Source of the DNA: Azolla caroliniana
Lineage: Eukaryota; Plantae; Polypodiophyta
Assembly: GCA_043228905.1 (NCBI GenBank)
Contig: JBHGNT010000001.1
Coordinates: 32,922,001 to 32,986,000, forward strand
Direction of reading: 5' to 3'
Length of the DNA stretch: 64,000 nucleotides
This document shows, one piece after another, positions 26,435 through 39,609 of the stretch. Position 1 is the first letter of the stretch. Every line of letters starts with the position of its first letter. The translations under genes and the position numbers were made by a program. Below the pieces are notes generated by a model. That model was not told the DNA's origin. It saw nothing but the letters and a program-made list of their open reading frames with translations, and did not search any database.

Positions 26435-29400
26435 GGGGTATTGTGGTAAGCATTAAAAAATATTAAGGGCATTCTATTATTAAAAAACATTAGGCTTGTT
26501 TTTGTAGTTTTTGATAGACTTTGTAAGTTCTTTGATACTTTTTTCTGAAAATATAGTAACACTCACAAAATGGGCAATGCTTTTTTCTTGATGGTTGATG
26601 TTCCATTTAAATAGCAAGTTAGGCCACCCAACTTTGGAATACTCATTAAATTTTATTAGCTCGCCTTAACATTTCATTTGTATATGTATGTATGTGGAAT
26701 CAACTTCAAATTCGTTAAAAAAAATCGATTTAATAATAAAAAAAGGATCCCTCGGGAAGTTGAGTGTGACTTGTTGATGCATATTAAAGAAACATTGTAA
26801 CAACCTTTTATTCAATGGTGTTTTTGTTTTCTTTTGTGACACGAATAGCTTGCTTCACCATTGTCTTGGCTTTTGTGTTTCATGTTGCTTCTTGTTGAAT
26901 GTGGAGAGTCACTTTAAAATGGAGGACAACCTATGTCTTTGTTTTAAAGAAAACATCACATATTTTATCCTAGAATGAATCATATTAGTATTTGAGATGG
27001 AGTAAAAGAAAAATATGTATAACATGAAGCTTTTTAGCAAGGAAAACTATTGTTGAACACAATATACCTATGAAGTAGTATCTTAGGTTACTATGATAGA
27101 AGTGGATAAATCCAAATGCAATTTATGCCATTTAGCAATTTGAAAACTGCACTTTACTCAAAAGGAACCAAGTCATGAGCGTTAGGGACACCATCACATG
27201 AATATACACGACATTTAATATGGGAATGGAGTTTGGTGTGCCACTAAGTGACAATGCCAATGATTTGCACATAGTCATATGTCCAATGATTTTTCATTAT
27301 TTAAATTCTGATACTATTACTAGCAATAAAGTTTTGACTTGTTATTCTAAGAAAACCAAATATCTTCTTCAATATTTATGGATGCACTTAAATATTATTG
27401 CATATTTCCTCCAATTTGAATGATTGCTTAAAAATGGTCTTGTGTCTCTTTTGTTAGTATGCTTTGTAATTGAGTGTTTGATCTTAATGGAATCTTCATC
27501 GCCATATTTTCAAATAGAGAGATTTATGATGGAAAAGATGTAAGTGAGGACTCATAATTCAAAATAATGTTGAGAATGTATGGAATAAAACAAACTAGCT
27601 CAAGGTTTTTCAAGATAACTAACCAAAACTATCTACAAGTACAAACTATCTATATATTTATATACATATATATATTCTACATTGATGATTGAACATTACA
27701 TGAACTAGACATAAAGTCAAGTTTAATGTGACCTTATTGGATATATGGAAGAAAAATACTCTAGACTTAACGAAAAGAGATTGATGGTCCTACTTTAAAG
27801 TCACAGAGAAGTTCACGTATCTTAGAAAAATAACACAAAGTACTATGGATTATAGAGTTTTGAATTTAAACATATTGTATTTACGTTAATTATCACCAAG
27901 CTCCTTAGTTTTAGCTACACCTTACCAACAACCAAGGTGTATACTCAATCAACTTACGACAGCTTCTCATCAATTTTAAAAGTCAATTTAACCTAATTGA
28001 CCACGTAAGTGCACTCACTAAAAGAGCAACTCATCTAAGGCTATTCATCACTCAAGTGCACTCACTAAAACAATGACATTAACATCTTTTAGAGTTATTT
28101 CTGACATTTATTGAAGGAAGCTAAAGCACTTTCCAAGAAAAAAAGTGCTTTGTATAGTTGTTGAGCCAAGCAAGAATCAAATTTTTAGGTGTCAACGTAG
28201 AAAATAAAAAAGTATTTCAAAGAAAGGTATTTATGAGGCATGTTACAGTATCATTGACATCATGACACGATGTGACTGGATTGTACACCAGCGTTATCAA
28301 TGTCACATTATGTGTTTTAATTCCTCGATGCTTATGTGGAAGTGTATGATATAAGAAAACATGAACTAATCCTTCTCCAAAATGAAAACAATTTTGTAAT
28401 TACACAAAGTTTGACCTGTAATTACACTTCTCCTTCTTGAATTGTAATTGTTTAAAATGAAAATAGACACGTCTTTATCTTGTCGTTATGGGTATGAACA
28501 AAAAAAATTGTCCATGATTTATTGTTTTGCAAATAAAAGACATAAACATAAATTAGATACTTGAAATTGATGAGCTTTGACAATCTCCTTGTAAGAATGA
28601 CATACAAATCCTTACATAATGGTTTTCATTCATAGATATAGACTATGTCCCAATTAATGAATATCTTCCTCAAATAAAACAATTTACCCCAAAATTTCAT
28701 ATTGTTTTGCCTTTTGTCTAATTCAAGTGTGTTTTCCTCATATGTTTTTGATTCATCTTGTCTAAATCCATGTTTGTTATGGTAGTTTCTTCTCTTTCTT
28801 GGTAGTCCTTTCGACCTCTAGCATTGTCCATATGTGTGCATTAAAGTGTGCATATGTCTTTCCATATTAAATTGCATGCATAAATGTGGATGTTTTTTGT
28901 TCGCATAAGAGTGTGTTGACCCAAGTATGCGAATGTGTTAATGTTTATTTCCATGTATATTTTGTGTATTCAATCGCATTTTTTTGTCATATGCAATTTC
29001 ATAGGTGTTGAGGTTGATATTTTGATTCATTTTTTGCATGGTCAAAAAATTACTCCAAGAATTTGAAGCACCGAGCAACAACTATCTTTGGAGTTTTGAT
29101 GAATGTCAACCTCACTAAGACAATTGTCTAATCTTAATTTCCACATTTTTAAATTTCAATCATTTGATCATCATCTTTCAATGTTAGGGTTACAAGTGTA
29201 TTTAATGTCAATCTGATTTCAATCAATGTTTTGTTTAATTTCATTATATAGATCAATCACATTTTGTGTGGTTTAAGTATGTAATGATCATCTTGGTGGC
29301 TCGCCACTTTAAAAATTGAGGGAAAATGTAGGTTAAAAAGGTACAAAGCATACTTTGAAATTTCCTTGTTTTATCAAAGATACAGGATAGAACATTATCT

Positions 29401-30029
29401 TGATGATGTACTGGGAAATATATTCCTTTCAGGATTGTAAGATAAAAAACCATCACATCACGTATTTGATCCTTCAGAGGCCTACTAAAATGAGATTGAA
29501 GAAACAAGCAGGTTAAATATACCAAATAAACTCAGAAGATCAGTATAATTGGTTACTAAACTTGTTTCTAGTTCAGTTTGTAGTTGAAATTTGGGTTTCA
29601 GATCTTGAGCAGCTGGGTTAGCATGCTTCAATCGGATGGCACTTTCAGAAATTTGATATAAGTCAAAGTCTTATGCATAGTATCGTTATCTCAACAGTGC
29701 ATCTCATACATCATCCTCTAGAAACTCCAGAAGTTTTTCTGAACTCTTAAAGAAACCAATTTTTATAGACTCTCAACAGGTTGAATGAATACATATCTCG
29801 AAAATGAGAGATATTTCCACTGTAAAACATTGCTAGGTGAATTACAAAAGAACTATTTCGCCACATCATCATAATGTTTGAATGGTGCATTACATTTTCT
29901 ATTTTCTCTTTAACATGGAACGCGAAGCCAAACTAACATTTTAGGTTAGGACGGAAAAATGATAAATATTTGCTGTATCAAGGCTTCCACACCTACATTG
30001 TCTTCTCTTTCAATCATCCAACTATTATA

Positions 30030-33000
30030 TCAAGGCTTCCACAGCTTCATAACATTGTCTTCTCCATACGTCACTAATAGATTTCTGTGTGGGTGATGAG
30101 TAACCCCAATCACATCCTTTTCATGAACCTGGAAAAAATAGAAGATATCTCAATTTTCTTCTTTAGTATGCTTCAGATGGGAAAGCAAAACTAAAATGAT
30201 AACAAACTTTAATGATCCTCCTACCTTCATCAAATGTTCCAGTTTCCCCGTTTGCTGACTAAAGCAATATAGCATCCTGTATCATATAAAAAATAAGCTT
30301 GCATACCTCTTGCCTTGAAGAATCAATTTCTTTTATCTTTTCATTGTTCTTTCTCTTTTCTCTCTTAATTTATTTTATCTTAGTACCTTTCTTCTTTCTC
30401 CTTTCTATTTTCTTTCGTTTTTCAAATAAAGCTGTAGTATATTATCTGCTCAGATGAAGAATCAAATTCTTACCTATCTTCTCCCACACAGTAGATCCAT
30501 TCGCCTTTTGGAGAGACACAAGCACCTACAAAGTCTCCTCCTTCTCTTTTACCCGATGAAAAGCTCTTTACCACCTGTATACGCCCAAAAGAAACTTTCC
30601 AACTGAAAATGCATCCCAGATTACTCATTCTCTATGTGATAGATACAGCATTATAAAAGCCATTACCTGGCCCTGAAGAGTCATAATGTAGATAGAAGAA
30701 GCTCTATTGCATACAACAACATGATCTGGATTCTTCGGAAACAAATGAACTGAATTGACTGTTGCATCCCCTCCCTGTTATAAGATGATGTTAATGCCAC
30801 ACTCATTTAATTCTGAAAGAATGTATATCATATTAGAATCATTTTCTTACCCGTAATGGAGGAGGTGGCCTGAACGTATGAAGGCAATCTGTAGTCTTCA
30901 CATCCCATACCTACAAATGCATTCTATATAAATTAATGTAAAGTTGTCATTAAGTACTTAAAATTTCATTTATTTGCAAATATATACAGTTGTCATAAAG
31001 TGTTTCAAATTCTATTAATGTAGGAACCCATCATTTTACCTTAACAGAACCATCACTAGAAGCTGTCAAGATGCGTGTTCCATCACTGGTGAAAATAGCA
31101 TGGTTAACATAAGATGAATGTCCTCTGAATTCTTTGAGGGCCTTGCCGGATTTCAAGCCATGTATTCTGTTCATTATACAGAGAACACAGATTTAGGATT
31201 GATCATAAAAAAATCATGGTGTGCTCAATATTCTTATCTACTGTTCAATGCAAACTTACCTTGCAGTTCCATCAAAAGAAGTACTTAAAATTTGACTACT
31301 ATCTCTGGAAAAAGTAATGCTTGTTACTCCTTGAGAATGTGCACGCTCAAGTCGACGCAGACACTGCCCTGTCCGGATTCTCCAAACCTGAAGTGCAAAC
31401 GGAACATATTTAGAACTCGACCTCACTACCCTTATATTGCCGGTTTCAGTTAAAGACAGTTGGAACTGTAAATCGGCAAATCACATCAAACAAGTGATGG
31501 GCATTCCAGTAGTGAACTTCAAAACAAAATAAAGGAAGGGGCACTATCAAGATTCTACATACATTATTACTATAAAGAAAATACCAATAACGAATGTATA
31601 CAATATTTAAGAGATTAAAAATGGAAGGCTCAAAATATTACATTGTGCTAAAAACTTTTTATGCATTGGCTGTACAAGAATCCTTTACCACCCAAAAAAA
31701 GAAATATAGTGAACTTCTGAAAGAAATTGATAAGTCTACCTAAGACATCATAATGTCTATTTAGAATCGTCATGCTAGTTACAGTTCAAATAGATATCAC
31801 ACAGATCAAACAGCTGGCTTTTGGTGTGGATATCTAATATCAAGCCTTTACAAGGGCCACCGTTTTGAAGTACCCAAATGCATATTCATGTCATGGCTAG
31901 ATTCAAAGTTGGGTTCTCTCAACTTTGTATTTTTGCTGCTACAATGCAAATCATTAAACGAATGGCGAGAACAGGAGAAACAAAAACAGGACTATAAATA
32001 GCTTAACAGCAGACCATAAAAAAAACAAAGTTTCTGTTCATGAGAGAGAACACAAGCAAAAACCCCATGGCCCAGGCAAAGAACATACTGGACATTATCA
32101 ATTGTGAGGACTATTCATTGTAACATCCCTGTTCACAAGCAAGTATCAATGTCCACCTCTAATTCTTAGCATATGCAAGTAAAAGTATTTCCCTTATGCA
32201 CCACATTGGGATTGTTTGCCAATATGTTGCTGATTAAGACTTTTTACTTTTTTCTGTTCATGAACTTTGAAATGCTAAACTAGCAGTAGAAAAGTTCTGA
32301 ATGCATTTTTGGAATATCTCAAAAAATTTGATGAGGAAAAGACAGATGTGTCTGCTGTGAATGAGACAACTGGCTGGTGAAATTCTGCATGAAGGCATTG
32401 GACGATGAGTATCGACATAGGTATTATCATTGATGCTGTCAACCATAAGGTTGCCCCATCAGCTAGATAGTTTAGTTTCAGGGATCTAAGTTCAATTAGC
32501 ATATTTTATCAAATTAATGAAAAAAAAGAGAAGGCTAGAAAAACTCTCCACTTGACTAATAATTTCTCAAGCTAAGGCCATTGGCTCAGGTGAGACATTT
32601 TTAGTCAGAAAAGTGAACAATTTGCTGTACTATGCCTAGCTGTACCTAGCACTTACCATGAGCTAGAATCCAGGTACAAATGTAAAGCAAGGTCAAAAAC
32701 ATGTGTGGATTGTTTGCCTCACAAATTCGTCATGATATCTGATATTCGCTATCATTTATAAGTCATATGGTTGTCTCCATTACCACAAATGCTCTTCTAT
32801 AATAGTGGACTCATGCATATATGCAAATTCAGGCCTCATATTCCACACCTTTTTATAGCCCATTTGTTTCAACATTGAATGCCCATAATTAACAAGTATC
32901 GACACACAACTTCAGAGCTATATTTCCTTTCAGATTTATTTGGACTAAAATGCTGATATAATAAGATATTCAGACTAATGACTTGACTTAACTGCATAAG

Positions 33001-36000
33001 GTATCAGCTTCTAAAATCAAAGAAAAACATGAAATGATGTTGAAGGCATCAACAAAGAAAAAAGGGGTTCTTACAAAAGTTACTTACCTTAATCTTTCCA
33101 TCTTGTGAACCAGATGCTATCATTTCTGAATCCCTACTGAAATCTGCACATAACACTGCTTCATCATGCATCATAAATGCATCCTGTCACACAATCAAAC
33201 AACAACTTAAATTCAACAATGATGTGAAAATTCTCTATATCATTAAGACATTCTGGCATGATTTCTTTATGATTTTGCCTCTCAAATTAAGACATTCTGG
33301 CGTGAGATTGAGTGTATATTCAGAAAAAAAAATGCATACATATTGTGGCATACCTTACATGAGCGCTACTAATCATCTAAACCTAGCTACAAAAAAGGAA
33401 AGGGAAGAAGTTCCATTAACTTACATCAGCCTGGTATTGCAAATCCTTCTTCAATTTTCCACTGATGTAATCCCAGACCTAGAATCCAAAAGAATGTCCA
33501 TTCACACTGATTTAGATCTTTTAATTCAGAAAAAACTAAAACATGCCTTACTGACAAAGTTCCAAACCAACCTCAAGAAAGCCGTCAACTGACGAAGAAA
33601 CAAGATATTGACCATCAGGAGAAAACCGAGCCGATTCTGGATGGCTTTGCTTGCCAAACTACCAGATTCAAGTAAAATTAATTACAGTCAGTTCCAAAAT
33701 AGACTGAAATTCTCATTACAATGTTGCATATTGATTGTCTAGACTACAGTCACCGCTAGGTGGTTGACATCCATATTACAGAGATTCAATAACTATACAT
33801 CTTTAATAAGAAAAGACAAATATTAATTACCTTTATAGAATGAGCTAGCATTGTAGGGAAATTTTCTTCTTCATCTGCTTTCACTGCTGCTGTACCTCTG
33901 AAAAGATCAAATTGTGTTCCTGGTGGCAGAAGCCCTGAAGCAAATTTTGTGAAAAGAAAGAAAGCAACATTAGACCTGATATTGATGGAGATAAAAAAAT
34001 AATAGTTACATAAAAAGAAAGCGAGAAACACACCTTGATGTTGTTGCCATTTCAAAGACTGGCCAATAAGTGCCATTAATCTTGATGGAGGCACCACTGT
34101 TACCTCAGAGGCAAGAGCTGCAGAAAGTTCAAAAAAAATCATAAATCAAGAAAGTTTACACCTAGTGAGACCTGGACACCAGCATGCTAGTAGAAACGAA
34201 ATGTTATCGTAATGCCTTCAAAGACCAGAATTTTCTACAAAACCAATCATTACGTCCACGTGAATCTTATAGAATCTCTGGATATGTGACTTGCCTTGTC
34301 CAATGAGAGCTCTCCTCTTCTCTTTTGATGAGTCTTGATAAGCCTGCCACATTTCAGCGACATAGTCAGCTCTTTATTTTTGTGAAAAGAAAGAATTCTG
34401 ACCCAATTTTTGTGTATTTACCTCTCTGGGGTCAAAGTATGTACGCACTAACAAGTGCTCAAGTCGAAGATATCTTTCAGGTTGTTCTTGTTTCATGAAC
34501 CCCATTGCTTGTGTTTGCCTCAATATTGCCCTTGCTGTGTCTAGCTCCCGTAATTCTATCATTTCCAATACAATCTAACAAAGCACGATGTCATCCTTAA
34601 TACGTTTGATAAGAACAGAGATAAATCAGATACTACATGTGTCAGAAGATTGCAATGAGCAAACATAGTATATATGATAATAAGATCACTTGAAGAAATC
34701 AGATCCTAAGGTCACAAGAGAAAATCTACATATGGTAACAATATTGTATGAACAAATCAGATAATATAAACCATTACAATATTGTACCTGTCATAAAAAT
34801 AGGGAGAAGACAAAAATACCTGTTCATAAAGATCTTCTAGCTTCTTCCTTGGAAGCTTGAGCTGAGAAACTTGAGGAAGGACTGCATCCCAACGGCCATT
34901 GTTGATATCTGCTACAAATGTCTCTAAACTATCAACCGTGTTTAGTGACACCTGACACTCATTTTGCAGCATCTGGAATGTCTGGTGCAAGGAATTCTCT
35001 TTACAGAATTGCAGTACAATTCTGATAACACTGCGAAAAAATACGAAGAAGGAAAATTATGTTTATGCCCCATCATTATCACATGTTTCTTAAAACAATA
35101 CTACATATGGCCCAACAAAACCTCTCTCTCTCTGTATATTAGGTATATACTGCTGAGAGGCAAGCCAAGTTTTTTGATCCAGGTTCAAATCTCACTATAT
35201 GCACTACTTTACTGTAGAATGTATGGTTGAATGCATGACCTTCTGGTTGCCACTGGACAACCTTATCAACTGCGTTGCAACGATCTGGGCCATGATCTCT
35301 CAGTACCAATAAACCTGAGAATCAGTGGACACTCCATACTCTGGACATGAAGTTGAGATAGTGGACAGCTTTTTAAATACTTGTGAATTGGCACCCCACG
35401 TAACTCACTTGAAAGAAACCCTTGATATGGAGAATGGAGGAAGGTACAGCTGCAATTTTGGATATAGAGCTCTCCAGAAACTCGATTACGCTCCTGGAGA
35501 CTTTATTATCATCCTTGGTGAGAGAGTGGATAAATAAGAGTTGCGCAGTGAAAAGAGGGGTTGAGAAATAAAGAGAAATAGAAACAGATATTCATAGTCA
35601 TAAAAAAGGTAAAATAATCATTGTGTATTACAGAACCTCAAAAATCTATGACAAAGAAGAGATGTCATTTCCCAATACTAAAACTGATTGTTTCGTTTCA
35701 GGCCAATGTTGTCGCATGGGAAATAGGATAAATCATGAAAGTTTCTTACAATGCGTTCTAATTTCGTGACATTCCATTTGCATGCTGAAAAGTAGATCGT
35801 AGAATCAAATTTATGGTGGAAAAGTAGACCAGACCATGGTTTCTTGAATCCCCGCTATCAAGAAGGATACGACCATGAAGAATAAAGTGAAATTAATACC
35901 TTGCCACACTTGATAACTTGCAGCCTGAATGGAAGACCAAGACCACGATACATCGGTCAAAGTTTGAATAACTGCTAACATAACATAAATCCTCAATTTC

Positions 36001-36655
36001 GTTGGGAAAATAGGAAGCAGTGGAAAGCTGCGGCTCAGACTCACATTCCCTCACACTGCTGCATACATGTTCCCAGAAGGTTTTCAAATAGAAATGGGTG
36101 GCTGACATTTGAGAAGAAGACGCAAGTTTGTGTGTGAATTACATGGTCTTAACAAACCCAAGAAAATATGGTGAATGCGGCTGTTGTGTGCCTAGAATAA
36201 TGCTGAAAATTAAAAGAGTTTTTTTGCGTGAGTGCACCACCTTTCCAATAATCCTCCCTAGGACAGGCCTCTTAACATAGAGCAGTTTCAAAAAAAAATT
36301 CCACGGTTTGCTAATGTTTCGATCAGAGCTCCCTCTTTCACTTGGTAGATTCAACGCCTCAATACAATTAGATAGTAAAAAAAGCAATTTAATTTTTTCT
36401 CATTTCTCCAAGTTCGGCTCCTAGTCCCCACTCAGAGCCACTGAGAAACACTTAAACACAAAACCTTCATGTCATCTCTCTTTTTCCTCCGGAAGGAAAC
36501 AAATAAAAAAGAAGGATCACGGTCATCACTGCATTCTTTTCCATTCACCGTGAGCTGTCTGTGCGTGTACATATATGTATGTGCTGTGTACATGTTTCTT
36601 AGGGTTGTATCAGAGAATTTACTTACTCGGGAGCTTCGATTTCGAGGGCGGCCAT
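30030..36655 (-). CDS. SMU1: WD40-repeat spliceosomal protein SMU1 (LisH/CTLH + WD40), 513 aa
   Basis: 16 exons (minus strand): 36655-36627, 35030-34820, 34574-34422, 34343-34295, 34117-34034, 33934-33831, 33658-33572, 33478-33425, 33183-33088, 31387-31260, 31166-31040, 30910-30851, 30774-30667, 30574-30474, 30276-30225, 30128-30030; total 1542 nt, phases consistent. Protein [24 protein letters not shown]...[35 protein letters not shown]...[11 protein letters not shown]...[16 protein letters not shown]...KLWKP*. Intron 4 is GC-AG. Confidence 0.98.
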
Positions 36656-36736
36656 GTGTTCTGTCGCGCTCGCTCAAACGAACGGGAAACGGAAGGAAGG
36701 AAGGAAGGAAATCTCTTCTGCTCCTGCTGCTGCCTT

Positions 36737-36773
<37 letters not shown>

Positions 36774-38499
36774 CTTACAAAACAAGATTTGATCAGCACC
36801 GAAATATGTACATAAACTGACTTAAAACTTATTATTACCAAGTGATGTTGCTCAAAAAAACCCAAACGAGGGGTCTCAGGCTCGAGCCCAGATTGATCAA
36901 ACTCTTGCTTTTTTTCTTATCGTCAGATTAATTCCAATTTGCCTCCTATGCGTGTGCTTTTTTACTAATATACGTTATTTTAGCTTGTTTTTTGAGACCT
37001 ACCGATGAATGTACATGTGTGGAGGCAAGGTGGGACATATCATTTAAGTAAGAACCTTGCCATATACCTTATAGAAATCAGACCTTTCCTTCTCCGGCCA
37101 CACTTCGCATGAATCGGTCATCGACCGAATGGCCATGAAATCAAAACCCGTAGTAGAATATGTGTCTATGAATACATGGAATGACTCTAGAAAACTTTAA
37201 CATCGACAATCCCATTAAGTTGAGTGAGAGAAGGTTAATGAATTTTCTGGGTCTCATCTTCATGAGTAAGGTCATCCCCCCTCCCTTTTCTTCTATTTTA
37301 AAAAATGAGTATTTTTCAATAATTTCCAAAATGAACAAGCATGCTAATTTTATTTCTATATAGCATATCAACATTTTCAAGTAATTGTCCCTTGAATATG
37401 GGAAGAGAAACGATGGCATTTTCTTTTGTGTCCATTTTCTCAATTCCAGTAGGAAAAAGCCTTATTCCTAGAGGGGTGGCAATTTCAAGTATACCAAATT
37501 AAGTTGTCTGCTAAAAGACTTTTGCGATCTTATTATTGAAGCTATTTGAAATGTATTGCAATAATCCTAACAAATCTATTGCACCCACTTGAATTGATCA
37601 TAAATATTTTACAACAATATTATCAAGGCTACCAAGCATCATGACACCTATTTTTCAAGGCTTCCTATCATGGAAATAAAATAAGACGTTTATTAGTCGT
37701 TGATTATCTTTTTAGGTCGTGAGCTTAAGCGAATGAATATATCGAAAACAACCAAATCTTCTTTATCATTTATCAACTTGCAAAGCACATAACTATGAAT
37801 CTATGATGATGATGATGATTCACACCCATGAATTCCTAGGCTTCCTATCAATAATATATTTTGCTGTTGTTACTCATTTGAGATTATAACCAATCTCTCT
37901 TTTGAAAGTATATCACATTTTCTTTCTTGACCATAAGAGTCTCTTTGTAGAGTACAAAGGGCAACTCAAGTCACGCACGCTCCTTTGGCAACATGGCCAC
38001 CATCATCACATTCTCCTTTGAGATTATAACACGTTGTGCACGCTTCATTTCCTCGGAAAATGTATGAGCCTCTTTGATTCGAGAATAAATACCCTTCTTA
38101 CTTAAACCTCTTGGGTTTTTATTTACCGGAATGCCCCTCCATCATTTTTTAACAATCACAGAAGACCGCCTTTCACTCCCTCAAAGATTAAGAAGAAGAA
38201 GAAGAACCAAATGTTTCCCTGCTGCTGCTATTCATCGAACTCACATATTTGTTTCTGTCTTTTAGAAGAAGGAGAAGAAGTAATGCCAATTGGTAGAGCA
38301 ATTGATGTGGATATGTATCAACAAGTGAAGTAAGTGACTACGTATGCGAAAGAAAAACACCAAATTCGTATAGCGTCATGAAAAATCAGGGTTTGGACTG
38401 CTTTCTTCTCTTTCGTGTACAGTGAAAAGTCTGATTTTATTTTATATATCAGAGAGCTTCACGATACCCAGAGAATGAAACAATTATGAGCATTAGCTG

Positions 38500-39270
38500 C
38501 AAAATATGCAGAAACGGCCGGAAGAGAAATGGAAGAGAATAATGTAGATTCATAAAGGAAAGGTGACTATTAATTTATGTGAGTATAACTAAGTAATCCA
38601 TGCGATTTATGACTATTAGCAAGAAATTGATGGGAGAAAAAGACTGTAAGTGTTTGAATCAAAATAGAAACGAATTAATGCAACAATGAAAGCAAGACGA
38701 TGGGGTTTGAATGTTAGATTTATGATCAAAATTCTGATGAAAACCATGGATTATGTCAATTAGACTCGAGAGCTCTAGCGTTTTCATCAAGAATGTATGA
38801 GGCTTATCTGCAACAATGGAAGGAAAAAGATACCTTTTAAATGCTAGATATCATGATAGAATGAATGAATGAATGGATAGAAATTGGACATATACACCAA
38901 ATAGATTCATGAATCTGTAAAGCCCAAACCGAGAAATTCTGACCATTGTCTATAAAAAAGCATCTATGGAAGGAAGAAGATGGATTTTAAATGTTAAGAT
39001 TCATAAAGGAAAGAAAGAATGCGATAAAAAACTGCAATTACATACCAAATAGCATGTCTGAGCAGTATAAAAAATGGTGCTGAAATGGCTAGAAGGAATG
39101 GGGTTGTATATGTTAGATTTGTAAAGGAATGTAACTCTGTGATTATATGAAATCGTCATTGAGCTCTAGACTCCTCAGCTAGAAAGTACAAACATTATCT
39201 ACAACATTGCAGAACTGGAAGGAAGAAACAAAATTGTATATGTTAGATTTATAAAAGAAAGAAATGTTGA
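38500..39270. repeat. Degenerate tandem array (6 units of about 120-170 bp) upstream of the PPR gene
   Basis: The motif GGAAG(G)A...ATG(T)TAGAT(T)YAT...AA recurs at about 38542, 38711, 38841, 38991, 39110 and 39240. Confidence 0.6.
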
Positions 39271-39609
39271 TGATGCTAGTATTGGCTCGTTCAATGGAAA
39301 TGTACAGGCAATTACGGGGCCATGACACTTATAGCTTTAGGATTGGCAGTTCAATTTCTAAAGAAGAATCACAGACTTTGCAGTTTTTCTTCATCCCTTG
39401 AAAGGAAAAGAGAAGAAATGGCTCCAACGTTATGTTCCAGGTCCTTCCTTCCGAACGAGTATCGAATCATGGTAGTCAGGAGTAATAAAATAGGATTGGA
39501 AACTCAAAGAAAATAGGACTGGATTATTTTCTGATTCATATGAATTATAGAATCTGAACTTATAGTATGCAAACAATGATAGCCGATCCATTCCCTTGAA
39601 AGGAAGCAG

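Noticed and set aside
35240-36130. Short ORFs within SMU1 intron 1
   Set aside because: No recognisable domain or termini; possibly old TE debris.
37015-37050. GTCCCACCTTG (minus strand) resembling the snRNA upstream sequence element RTCCCACATCG
   Set aside because: Two mismatches, no correctly spaced TATA box, and no snRNA sequence downstream.
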